A stretch of 16,636 bases of DNA from Candidatus Methylomirabilota bacterium. Lineage in GTDB: Bacteria; Methylomirabilota; Methylomirabilia; Rokubacteriales; CSP1-6. This document shows, in pieces, positions 1-7,467 of the stretch. The notes beneath the pieces are model-generated. The model was not told the DNA's origin. It did no database searches and saw only the letters and a list, made by a program, of their open reading frames with translations. Position 1 is the first letter of the stretch. Each line of letters begins with the position of its first letter. The DNA lies in NCBI GenBank assembly GCA_046726415.1, contig JBKPAK010000019.1, forward strand, positions 1-16,636. The letters run 5' to 3'. The translations under genes were made by a program, and so were the position numbers.

Positions 1-1193
1 TCCTGGAGCAGGTGGATCGCATCGAGGCACCCGATCGCCACACGGTCAAGTACACCCTCAAGGAACCGTTCGTGTGGTTCCTGGAGACGCTGGCCTCGAC
101 CTCCACCTGGATCATTCCCAGGGAAGCCGTCGAGCAGTACGGCGACCTCAAGAAGCCGGAGACCTGCATCGGCACCGGCCCCTGGATGCTGGAGCGCTAC
201 GAGCCCAACGTCCGGCTCACCTTCGCGCGCAACCCCAACTACTTCATGCCCGGCCTGCCGTATGTCGACGGCGTCGAGGTGACGATCGACGACGATCCGT
301 CGTCGCGGCTCGCGTCCTGGATCGCCGGCAAGTACGATTTCGCGCCCGAGTACGACATGGTCGTCCGCCGGCTCGACCTGCCGGTGGCCAAGCAACGCAA
401 GCCCAACCTGCAGACCGGCGAGTTCACCACGATGTTCGGCGGCATCACCTGGATGAAGCTCGATCAGGAGCCGTTCAAGGACGTGCGGGTGCGCCGAGCG
501 CTGGCCTTCGCCAGCAACTGGAAAGAGATCCTCGAGACCAACGCGTGGTCGCAGGGGCACGGTCTGCCCAATCCCGCCATCCCCTCGGCCCTGCGCGAGT
601 GGTCCATTCCCATCGATCAGCTCGGTCCGCTCGGACGGAGCCTGTACGAGCAGAACATCGCGGACGCCAAGAGGCTCCTGACCGAGGCCGGCTTGCCGCG
701 CGGCTTCAAGACGACGCTGGAAACCACCGGCAGCGTGTACGGCCCCGACTATCTGGATGCCGTGCAGATCGGGCTGAAGAACTGGAAGAGCGCCGGGGTC
801 GACGTCGAGCTGAAGCTCAAGGAGTACGGCGCGTTCATCGCCAGCACCATTTTCGGCAAGTTCGACAAGATGGGCGGCGGCCTCTTTGGCGCCTGGACCG
901 ATCCCGACAGCTATCTCTACCGGTATCACGTCCCCGGCCAGATCAACAACGCCAGCGGCGTCAACGACCCCAAGGTCACCGAGATGATTCGGTTGCAGCG
1001 GCGGACGTTCGACGTGAGCAAGCGGCGAGAGATCATCTTCGACCTCCAGCGATATCTGGCCGAGCAGGTGTACATGGTGTACGGCCCCTCGGTCACCGCC
1101 GTGGCCGCGTGGGAGCCCTATGTCAAGAACTTCGGGCCCAATTTCGGCCACGACTACGGTGGCCGCCTCATGGTCGCCTGGCTCGACAAGTAG
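1..1193 (+). CDS. ABC transporter substrate-binding protein, family 5 (DppA/OppA/NikA-like), 5'-truncated by the window edge
   Basis: The frame is open from the window start (ctg gag cag gtg gat...). Family-5 motifs: APDRHTVKYTLKEP, IGTGPWMLERYEPNVRLTFARNPNYF, PFKDVRVRRALA, AKRLLTEAG. Stop TAG at 1191-1193. Confidence 0.93.
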   Translation, partial: LEQVDRIEAPDRHTVKYTLKEPFVWFLETLASTSTWIIPREAVEQYGDLKKPETCIGTGPWMLERYEPNVRLTFARNPNYFMPGLPYVDGVEVTIDDDPSSRLASWIAGKYDFAPEYDMVVRRLDLPVAKQRKPNLQTGEFTTMFGGITWMKLDQEPFKDVRVRRALAFASNWKEILETNAWSQGHGLPNPAIPSALREWSIPIDQLGPLGRSLYEQNIADAKRLLTEAGLPRGFKTTLETTGSVYGPDYLDAVQIGLKNWKSAGVDVELKLKEYGAFIASTIFGKFDKMGGGLFGAWTDPDSYLYRYHVPGQINNASGVNDPKVTEMIRLQRRTFDVSKRREIIFDLQRYLAEQVYMVYGPSVTAVAAWEPYVKNFGPNFGHDYGGRLMVAWLDK

Positions 1194-1234
1194 CCGCGAC
1201 ATCGCGAGAGGATTCCATGGCACGGGGAGGAATG

Positions 1235-2026
1235 ATGGCACGACTGGAGGGCCGCACGGTTCTGATCACGGGTGCGGCGCGCGGCATCGGCGCCGCCTGC
1301 GCGCGACGGCTGGCCGCCGAGGGCGCCCGTCTGGTGCTGGCCGACGTCGACGGCACCGGGGCGGAGAAGCTCGCGAGCGAGCTCGGTCAAGCGGCGATCC
1401 GGGCCGACGTCACGCGGCGCGACGACATCGAGCACATGGTCGACGAGGCCTACCGCCGGTGGGGGCGGCTCGACGCGCTCCTCAACAACGCCGGCGTCAT
1501 CCGCGTCCAGCCGATGCTGGACGTCACGGAAGAGGAGTGGGATCGCGTGATGACCGTGAACCTCCGCGCGGTGTTCTTCGTCCTGCAGGCCGTCGCGCGC
1601 CGCATGCGGGGGCAGGATCCGATCGCGGGATCGGAGCTGCGAGGCAAGCTGATTCAGACGGCATCCATCGCGTCGTACCGGGGCGGGAACCATCTCATGA
1701 CGCCCTACTCGGCGTCGAAAGCCGGGGTGGTCAGCCTCACCCGCTCGGCCGCCCAGGCTCTGGCCCCCGACCGGATCACGTCGAACTGCGTGTGCCCGGG
1801 CGCGGTGGAGACGGCGATGTGGGAGCAGATCGACCAGGAGTGGGGGAAGCTGGAGGGCCTCGGTTCCGGCGAAGCCTGGAAGCGGAGAATCCGGCACATC
1901 CCGCTCGGGCGTCCCGAGCGGCCGGAGGACGTGGCGGCGGTGGTGGCGTTCCTGGTGAGTGCTGATGCTGATTACATGACGGGGCAGGCCCTCAATGTCG
2001 ACGGCGGCCTCGTCATGGGGAACTGA
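1235..2026 (+). CDS. Short-chain dehydrogenase/reductase (sorbitol/acetoin/glucose dehydrogenase-like, probably NAD-dependent)
   Basis: TGAARGIG Rossmann motif, acidic LADVD, NNAG, catalytic YSASK, C-terminal YMTGQALNVDGG. GGAGG at 1226-1230 precedes ATGs at 1232 and 1235 (1217 also possible). The N-terminal part of track ORF 74..2026 is a shadow of the upstream gene. Confidence 0.92.
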   Translation: MARLEGRTVLITGAARGIGAACARRLAAEGARLVLADVDGTGAEKLASELGQAAIRADVTRRDDIEHMVDEAYRRWGRLDALLNNAGVIRVQPMLDVTEEEWDRVMTVNLRAVFFVLQAVARRMRGQDPIAGSELRGKLIQTASIASYRGGNHLMTPYSASKAGVVSLTRSAAQALAPDRITSNCVCPGAVETAMWEQIDQEWGKLEGLGSGEAWKRRIRHIPLGRPERPEDVAAVVAFLVSADADYMTGQALNVDGGLVMGN

Positions 2027-2046
2027 GCGGCAGTCTCGGACGCATT

Positions 2047-2565
2047 GTGGTGGTCGTCCGGCCGGAATCCCCAGTCGATGGCCGTGCAGTCCGACGTCTG
2101 ATCGAGGCGGCGTTCCGTCGCGCCCTCGAGGCGGACGTGGTCGATGCGCTCCGGGCGGCGGCACCTGGCTACCTCTCCCTGGTCGCCGAGCGGCGCGATC
2201 AGATCGTGGGTCACATCGCCTTCAGCCCGGTCACCATCGGCACGTGCCCGGCGCCGGGCAATGCCGTCGGGCTCGGGCCGATGGCGGTGGGGCCGCAGCA
2301 CCAGGGCCAGGGAATCGGCACTCGTCTCGTGCAGGAGGGCCTCGGGCGTTGCGCCGCGCTCGGGTACGACCTGGTCGTGGTGCTGGGGCATCCGGGGTAT
2401 TACCCGCGGTTCGGGTTCCGTCCGGCGCGTGAGCTGGGGCTCTGGAGTGAGTACGCAGTGCCCGACGAGGTCTTCATGGCCATGATGCTCGGCCGCGTGA
2501 GTCCGGGAGGGTACGGCGGCCTCGTCGCGTATCACTCAGCGTTTTCGAATCGAATGACCGGTTAG
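2047..2565 (+). CDS. GNAT family N-acetyltransferase, YhbS-like
   Basis: VRPESPVD, IVGHIAFSPV, LGPMAVGPQHQGQGIG (acetyl-CoA motif A), VVLGHPGYYPRFGF and YHSAF are typical of YhbS-type GNATs. Start codon is uncertain. Confidence 0.9.
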   Translation: MVVVRPESPVDGRAVRRLIEAAFRRALEADVVDALRAAAPGYLSLVAERRDQIVGHIAFSPVTIGTCPAPGNAVGLGPMAVGPQHQGQGIGTRLVQEGLGRCAALGYDLVVVLGHPGYYPRFGFRPARELGLWSEYAVPDEVFMAMMLGRVSPGGYGGLVAYHSAFSNRMTG

Positions 2566-2599
2566 CTCGATAGTTTTCGAATCGAATAGCCCGTTAGCT
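2541..2599 (+). repeat. Two-copy direct repeat, 32-bp period, duplicating the GNAT 3' end
   Basis: GTTTTCGAATCGAATgaccgGTTAGCT (2541-2567) versus GTTTTCGAATCGAATagcccGTTAGCT (2573-2599), 24/27 identical. Confidence 0.9.
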
Positions 2600-2625
2600 G
2601 GACACGTGTCGTGGAGGAGAGCGAG

Positions 2626-3342
2626 ATGGATCCGGCATCGATCAGCGCACTGACGTTCGACGTCTTCGGCACGGTCGTGGACTGGCGGAGCAGGATCATC
2701 CGCGAAGGTGAGGCACTCGGCCGCAGCAAGGGCCTGACCCACGTCGACTGGGCCGCGTTCGCCGACGCCTGGCGAGGCCTCTATCAGCCGATGATGGAGC
2801 GCGTGCGGAGTGGCACCATGCCGTGGACCAAGCTCGACGACCTCCACCGCATAGCCCTTGACCGCCTTCTCGAGCAGTTCGCGGTCAAGGGACTCGGTGA
2901 GGGGGAGATCGACCTCCTCAACCGGGCGTGGCACCGCCTGGATCCGTGGCCCGACGCGGTGGAAGGGCTCACCCGACTCAAGCAGCGCTACATTCTCGCC
3001 ACGCTTTCCAACGGCAACGTCGCCCTCATCGTCAACATGGCCAAGCGGGCGCGCCTGCCCTGGGACGCGGTGCTGGGGGCCGAAGTGGCGGGCCACTACA
3101 AGCCTCAGCGCCAAGCGTATCTCCGGACGGCCGAGTTCCTCGGACTGGCCCCGGCGCAATGCTTGATGGTTGCCGCCCACAACGGCGACCTCGTGGCGGC
3201 CCGGGGCTGCGGATTTTGCACGGCCTTCGTGGCGCGCCCGGCCGAACACGGTCCGAACCAGACTCGAGATGTGAAGCCGGAACACGACTTCGACATCGCC
3301 GCGTCCGATTTCGTGGATCTCGCGCGGCAGCTCGGCTGCTGA
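2626..3342 (+). CDS. Haloacid dehalogenase type II (HAD superfamily), PA0810 / cis-epoxysuccinate hydrolase-like subgroup
   Basis: FDVFGTVVDW (nucleophile Asp), AWR, LSNGN, HYKP, MVAAHNGD. SD GGAGGAG at 2613-2619 precedes ATG 2626. Confidence 0.9.
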   Translation: MDPASISALTFDVFGTVVDWRSRIIREGEALGRSKGLTHVDWAAFADAWRGLYQPMMERVRSGTMPWTKLDDLHRIALDRLLEQFAVKGLGEGEIDLLNRAWHRLDPWPDAVEGLTRLKQRYILATLSNGNVALIVNMAKRARLPWDAVLGAEVAGHYKPQRQAYLRTAEFLGLAPAQCLMVAAHNGDLVAARGCGFCTAFVARPAEHGPNQTRDVKPEHDFDIAASDFVDLARQLGC

Positions 3343-3443
3343 GGAGGCCACTCTCTCGACGAGACTCCGCTTTCATGGACGCGCTCAGCGAGCTCGTGCA
3401 CGACGAGCCGTGGTAGGCTCCGGGCACCGCCCGACCCCGCGGC

Positions 3444-3683
3444 GTGTCCGCTGACGCCACCTCGCCGCGCGAGACACACATCCTCCGCGGCGTCCTGTTC
3501 ATCGCCAGCGCGACGTTGTTGTTCGTCTGCATGTTCCCCGATGCATTACGTGCAGCTCATCTGGGCGGCCGTGCTCGGTTACCTGGTGTTCGGCGATGTG
3601 CCGAGTGTGTGGACGTGGCTCGGGCGGCCATCATCATCGGGAGCGGTCTCTGGATCGCCTGGCGCGGCGACCGGCGGGTCTGA
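3444..3683 (+). pseudogene. EamA/DMT family transporter remnant with a large internal deletion and frameshifts
   Basis: N-terminal TM1-like ILRGVLFIASATLLFVCM is joined out of frame (~3534) to C-terminal DMT-like SPMHYVQLIWAAVLGYLVFGDVPSVWTWLG. After a 1-nt loss near 3622-3625 it continues AAIIIGSGLWIAWRGDRRV*. About 80 codons remain, against ~290 for a full EamA protein. Confidence 0.8.
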
Positions 3684-3710
3684 TCTGTTCGGTATAGACT
3701 TGACGGGCCG

Positions 3711-5825
3711 ATGGAGCCTATCCCACAAGCCCCGAGCGCCGGGAAAATTTCCCGGGTTGACGTGATCCACGGAGACCGCCACCAGGACGATTACTTCTGG
3801 CTCCGCCAGAAAGACCGCCCCGAGGTCACGGCCTACTTGGAGTCCGAGAACGCTTATACGGCGGCGGTCATGAAGCCGACCGAGGCCTTCCAGGAGGCGC
3901 TGTACGCGGAGATGCTAGCCCGCATCAAGGAGGACGATCAGTCCGTGCCCTACCGGCACGGTAACCACTTCTATTACTCGCGCACCGAGAAGGGCCGACA
4001 GTACCCGATCTACTGCCGTCGGAAGGGAAGTGTCGATGCCCCGGAGGAGATCACCCTCGATCTCAACGCCCTCGCCGCTGGCCACCCCTTCCTCTCGCTC
4101 GGCGTCTACACGGTCAGCGACGACGGCTCCCTGCTCGCCTACTCGCTCGACTATACTGGCTTTCGGGAGTACGCGCTCTTCGTGAAGAATCTGCGCTCGG
4201 GCGCGCTCCTCGCCGATCGCGTCGAGAAGGTTTCCAGCGTGGCGTGGGCGGCGGACACCGCGACGCTCTTCTACGTCGTCGAGGATCACGCCAAGCGACC
4301 GTATCGGCTCTCGCGGCACCGCCTCGGCACGGACCTCGCCGAGGACGTGCTTCTCTACGAAGAGACGGACGAGCTGTTTCGCCTCGGGGTGTGGCGCTCG
4401 CGCAGCCGCGCGTTCGTGTTCGTCACCTCGCGGAGCTACACCTCGGCCGAGGTGCGCTATCTGCCGGCTTCCGACCCGGCCGGAACCTGGCGGTTGATCG
4501 CTCCGCGCGAAAAGGACCACGAATACGACGTGGACCACGGGGGCGCCTTCTTCTACATCCGCACCAACGGCGGCGGTCAGCGGAACTTTCGTCTGGTGCG
4601 GGCGCCGGTGAGCGATCCGGGGCCGGAGCGGTGGGAGGAGCTGATCGCTCACCGCGAAACGGTGATGCTGGAGGACCTCGACGTGTTCGCCGACCACTAT
4701 GTGGCGCACGAACGCCAGGACGGCCTCGTTCGCCTCCAGGTGACGAGCCTGGCCGCCGGCGGCACGCATGACGTCCAGTTCCCGGAGCCCACGTACGACG
4801 TCACCCAGGACGCCAACGCCGAGTTCGCCACCGGCAGCTATCGCATCCGCTATGAGTCGCTGGTCACGCCACCCTCCGTGTACGACTATGATGTGGCCGA
4901 GCGGCGGCTCCGCCTCCTCAAGCAGTCCGAAATACTCGGTGGCTACGACGCCAGCCGGTACCGTTCGGAGCGCCTGCATGCCACCGCGCCGCCGGATGGC
5001 ACGCGCGTCCCCATCTCTCTGGTGACGCGGGTCGATACCCCGCGGGACGGCTCGAGTCCGCTCGATCTCGTCGGCTACGGTTCGTACGGCATCCCGTACC
5101 CGGTGCTCTTCTCGTCGAACCGGCTCAGTCTCTTGGAGCGGGGAGTGAGCGTGGCCATCGCCCACATCCGTGGCGGCGGCGAGTTGGGCAAGCGCTGGCA
5201 CGACCAGGGCCGCATGATGGCCAAGCGGAACACCTTCACCGACTTCATCGCGGTCGCCGAGTTCCTGATCGCCCAGGGCTATACGTCGCCTGATCGTCTG
5301 GTGATCGAGGGAGGCAGCGCCGGGGGACTCCTGGTGGGCACGGTCCTCAACATGCGACCGGAGCTGTTTCGAGCCGCCGTCCTCCGCGTGCCTTTCGTCG
5401 ATGTCATCAATACGATGCTCGACGAGTCCTTGCCGCTGACGGTGGGGGAGTTCGAGGAGTGGGGCAATCCCAAGATCCGCGAGCACTACGAGTACATGAA
5501 GAGCTATTGCCCTTACACCAATGCAGGGGGACGTCGCTATCCGGCCATGCTCGTGCGCACCTCGCTGAATGACAGCCAGGTGATGTACTGGGAGCCCGCC
5601 AAGTACGTGGCCAAGCTGCGGGAGACGGCGGCGGGCAACGGCCTCCTCTTGCTCAAGACCAACATGGACGCGGGCCACGGAGGTTCCTCCGGTCGCTACG
5701 ACGCCCTGCGGGAGACGGCCTTCGACTACGCATTCGTCCTCACCCAGCTGGGGCGGGCCACGGCCCTCGGTGAGACGGCTCGCGCCACGGGCGCCGGGGC
5801 GCCCTCTGAGGCCAGTCCCCGCTAG
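3711..5825 (+). CDS. ptrB: Oligopeptidase B (protease II, peptidase S9A)
   Basis: N-terminal HGDRHQDDYFWLR and YLESENAY, beta-propeller region, YGSYG, HIRGGGELG, nucleophile GGSAGG, PLTVGEFEEWGNP, catalytic Asp in LNDSQV and His in AGHGG. Confidence 0.93.
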   Translation: MEPIPQAPSAGKISRVDVIHGDRHQDDYFWLRQKDRPEVTAYLESENAYTAAVMKPTEAFQEALYAEMLARIKEDDQSVPYRHGNHFYYSRTEKGRQYPIYCRRKGSVDAPEEITLDLNALAAGHPFLSLGVYTVSDDGSLLAYSLDYTGFREYALFVKNLRSGALLADRVEKVSSVAWAADTATLFYVVEDHAKRPYRLSRHRLGTDLAEDVLLYEETDELFRLGVWRSRSRAFVFVTSRSYTSAEVRYLPASDPAGTWRLIAPREKDHEYDVDHGGAFFYIRTNGGGQRNFRLVRAPVSDPGPERWEELIAHRETVMLEDLDVFADHYVAHERQDGLVRLQVTSLAAGGTHDVQFPEPTYDVTQDANAEFATGSYRIRYESLVTPPSVYDYDVAERRLRLLKQSEILGGYDASRYRSERLHATAPPDGTRVPISLVTRVDTPRDGSSPLDLVGYGSYGIPYPVLFSSNRLSLLERGVSVAIAHIRGGGELGKRWHDQGRMMAKRNTFTDFIAVAEFLIAQGYTSPDRLVIEGGSAGGLLVGTVLNMRPELFRAAVLRVPFVDVINTMLDESLPLTVGEFEEWGNPKIREHYEYMKSYCPYTNAGGRRYPAMLVRTSLNDSQVMYWEPAKYVAKLRETAAGNGLLLLKTNMDAGHGGSSGRYDALRETAFDYAFVLTQLGRATALGETARATGAGAPSEASPR

Positions 5826-5830
5826 GGAGA

Positions 5831-5852
5831 CGGGGCGCTTTCCAGCGCCCCG
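5831..5852 (+). terminator. GC-rich stem-loop after ptrB (possible terminator or RNA-stabilising hairpin; no U-tract)
   Basis: Perfect 9-bp inverted repeat CGGGGCGCT-ttcc-AGCGCCCCG beginning 5 nt after the stop codon. Confidence 0.45.
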
Positions 5853-5871
5853 AGCCGCAGGATCGGACCTT

Positions 5872-5879
5872 TGTACAAT
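5872..5879 (+). promoter_or_regulatory. Putative -10 element (TACAAT) of a leaderless cyclase transcript
   Basis: TG-TACAAT (hexamer 5874-5879) lies 6 nt before in-frame GTG 5886, with no SD sequence. Confidence 0.5.
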
Positions 5880-5885
5880 CCGCGT

Positions 5886-7457
5886 GTGGCGGAAGGCGCG
5901 ACGCGGGCCGCGGCCAAGGCGATCAGCGCGAAACTATCGCTCTTGCTGTTCCTCGGCAACTTCCTGGGAGCCCTGCTGACCTTCTTCTACTTCCGCTTCG
6001 TCGACTTCCAGGGACCGGAGGAACTCAGCCGCGTCACGCCCGTCGAGATCGCGTACTCGCTCGTCGCGTTCGCCGCGCTGGGCCTCGCGGCTGTCTGGAG
6101 ATCTCGCCGGTGGATCCGTCCTCTCATCGCCGCGGCCCGCCAGGATAGCCCCTCCGCGGTGGAGGACACGCTGGTCCGCCAACGCGCGCTCCTGCTGCCC
6201 TACATGCTGGCGAGCATGGCTCTCATCGGGTGGATCTTGGCGGGAGGCGTATGGGGAATCCTGTGGCCGCTGCTGGCGGCGGGGCTCTTGTCGCCCACGT
6301 CCGCCCTGCGCTCGGTGTTCGGCATCACCGTCATCGCGGGCTCGGTCACCACCGCCTTCATCTTTTTCGCGGCCGAGCAGCTCTGGCGTCAGAGACTGCC
6401 ATATTACTTCCCACGCGGCGATCTCAGCTCGACTCGCGGTGTCCTCCGCGTCGGCGTGCGCACGCGGCTCATTCTAATCTTTCTCCTCGTCAGCCTCGTT
6501 CCGCTCGCCCTGGTCGGCGTGATGAGCTACACGCGCGCGGCCGCCCTCCTCGCGGTAGAGGCGGCCAGGGGAGCCGTCCTCCTCCAAGACTTGCTCACCC
6601 TCATCGTCTTCATGCTGGTGGTGGGCGGGTTAGCTGCGGTCGGGCTCTCGATCTTTGTGTCACGCAGCGTGGCCGGCCCTCTGCGCGACCTCGAGGCGGC
6701 CATGGGCGAGGTGGCCAGTGGAAATCTCCAGGTGCAATGCCCGGTGGTCAGCAACGACGAAATCGGCGCGGTGGCGGAAGGCTTCAACCGCATGGTGGAC
6801 GGTCTGCGCGAGCGCGAGCTGATCCGCGAGACATTCGGCAAGTACGTCACCCGCGAGGTCCGCGACGAGATCCTCTCCGGTCGGGTAACCCTGGAGGGGC
6901 AGATGCGAGAGGTGACCATCCTCTTCGCCGATCTGCGCGATTTCACGCCGTGGGTGGAGGCCCACGACCCGCGCGAGGTGGTGGGCGACCTCAACGCCTA
7001 CTTCACGCTGATGGAGGACGCCATTCGCGGGCACCACGGCCTCGTCCTGCAGTACATCGGAGACGAGATCGAGGCGGTGTTTGGTGCTCCCATCCCGCAC
7101 CCTCGCCATCCCGAGCTGGCCGTGCAGGCGGCCTGCGAGATGCGTCGACGCCTTTACGCCTGGAACGCAGAACGCGCGCGGGTGGGGCGGCCTCTACTGC
7201 GGCACGGAATCGGGATCCACACCGGCCGAGTCCTGGCCGGAAACATCGGAAGTCCCGATCGGCTCTCCTGGACTCTGGTGGGCGATCCGGTGAACCTGGC
7301 CGCGCGTCTTCAGGCGCTGAACAAGGACCTCGGCTCGGACATCCTGGTGAGCGCGGAGACGGCCCGCCGGCTCGAGGGCGCCTCCGGTCTCGAGCCACTG
7401 CCAGCGGTGATGGTGAAGGGTAAGGCCACGGCGGTGGAGGTCTACCGCGTCACCTGA
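5886..7457 (+). CDS. Membrane-bound class III adenylate/guanylate cyclase with HAMP domain
   Basis: About six hydrophobic segments, HAMP (PLRDLEAAMGEVASGNL...DEIGAVAEGFNRMV), catalytic LFADLRDFT, QYIGDEI, GIGIHTG, GNIGS, WTLVGDPVNLAARLQ, VKGK. Start is GTG 5886 or TTG 5871. Confidence 0.92.
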   Translation: MAEGATRAAAKAISAKLSLLLFLGNFLGALLTFFYFRFVDFQGPEELSRVTPVEIAYSLVAFAALGLAAVWRSRRWIRPLIAAARQDSPSAVEDTLVRQRALLLPYMLASMALIGWILAGGVWGILWPLLAAGLLSPTSALRSVFGITVIAGSVTTAFIFFAAEQLWRQRLPYYFPRGDLSSTRGVLRVGVRTRLILIFLLVSLVPLALVGVMSYTRAAALLAVEAARGAVLLQDLLTLIVFMLVVGGLAAVGLSIFVSRSVAGPLRDLEAAMGEVASGNLQVQCPVVSNDEIGAVAEGFNRMVDGLRERELIRETFGKYVTREVRDEILSGRVTLEGQMREVTILFADLRDFTPWVEAHDPREVVGDLNAYFTLMEDAIRGHHGLVLQYIGDEIEAVFGAPIPHPRHPELAVQAACEMRRRLYAWNAERARVGRPLLRHGIGIHTGRVLAGNIGSPDRLSWTLVGDPVNLAARLQALNKDLGSDILVSAETARRLEGASGLEPLPAVMVKGKATAVEVYRVT

Positions 7458-7467
7458 GCGTCGGGCC

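Noticed and set aside
74..1216. N-terminal ~380 aa of the 650-aa ORF 74..2026 as an SDR fusion
   Set aside because: Arg/Pro-rich off-frame shadow of the substrate-binding protein gene; the SDR has its own SD and ATG near 1232-1235.
3915..5678. 587-aa antisense ORF
   Set aside because: Mirror frame of ptrB, expected in high-GC3 genes; no recognisable motifs.
5886..7457. Pycsar/CBASS-type anti-phage cyclase system
   Set aside because: The TM-HAMP-cyclase architecture is that of a sensory cyclase, and no cyclic-nucleotide-binding, TIR or TM effector gene is adjacent.
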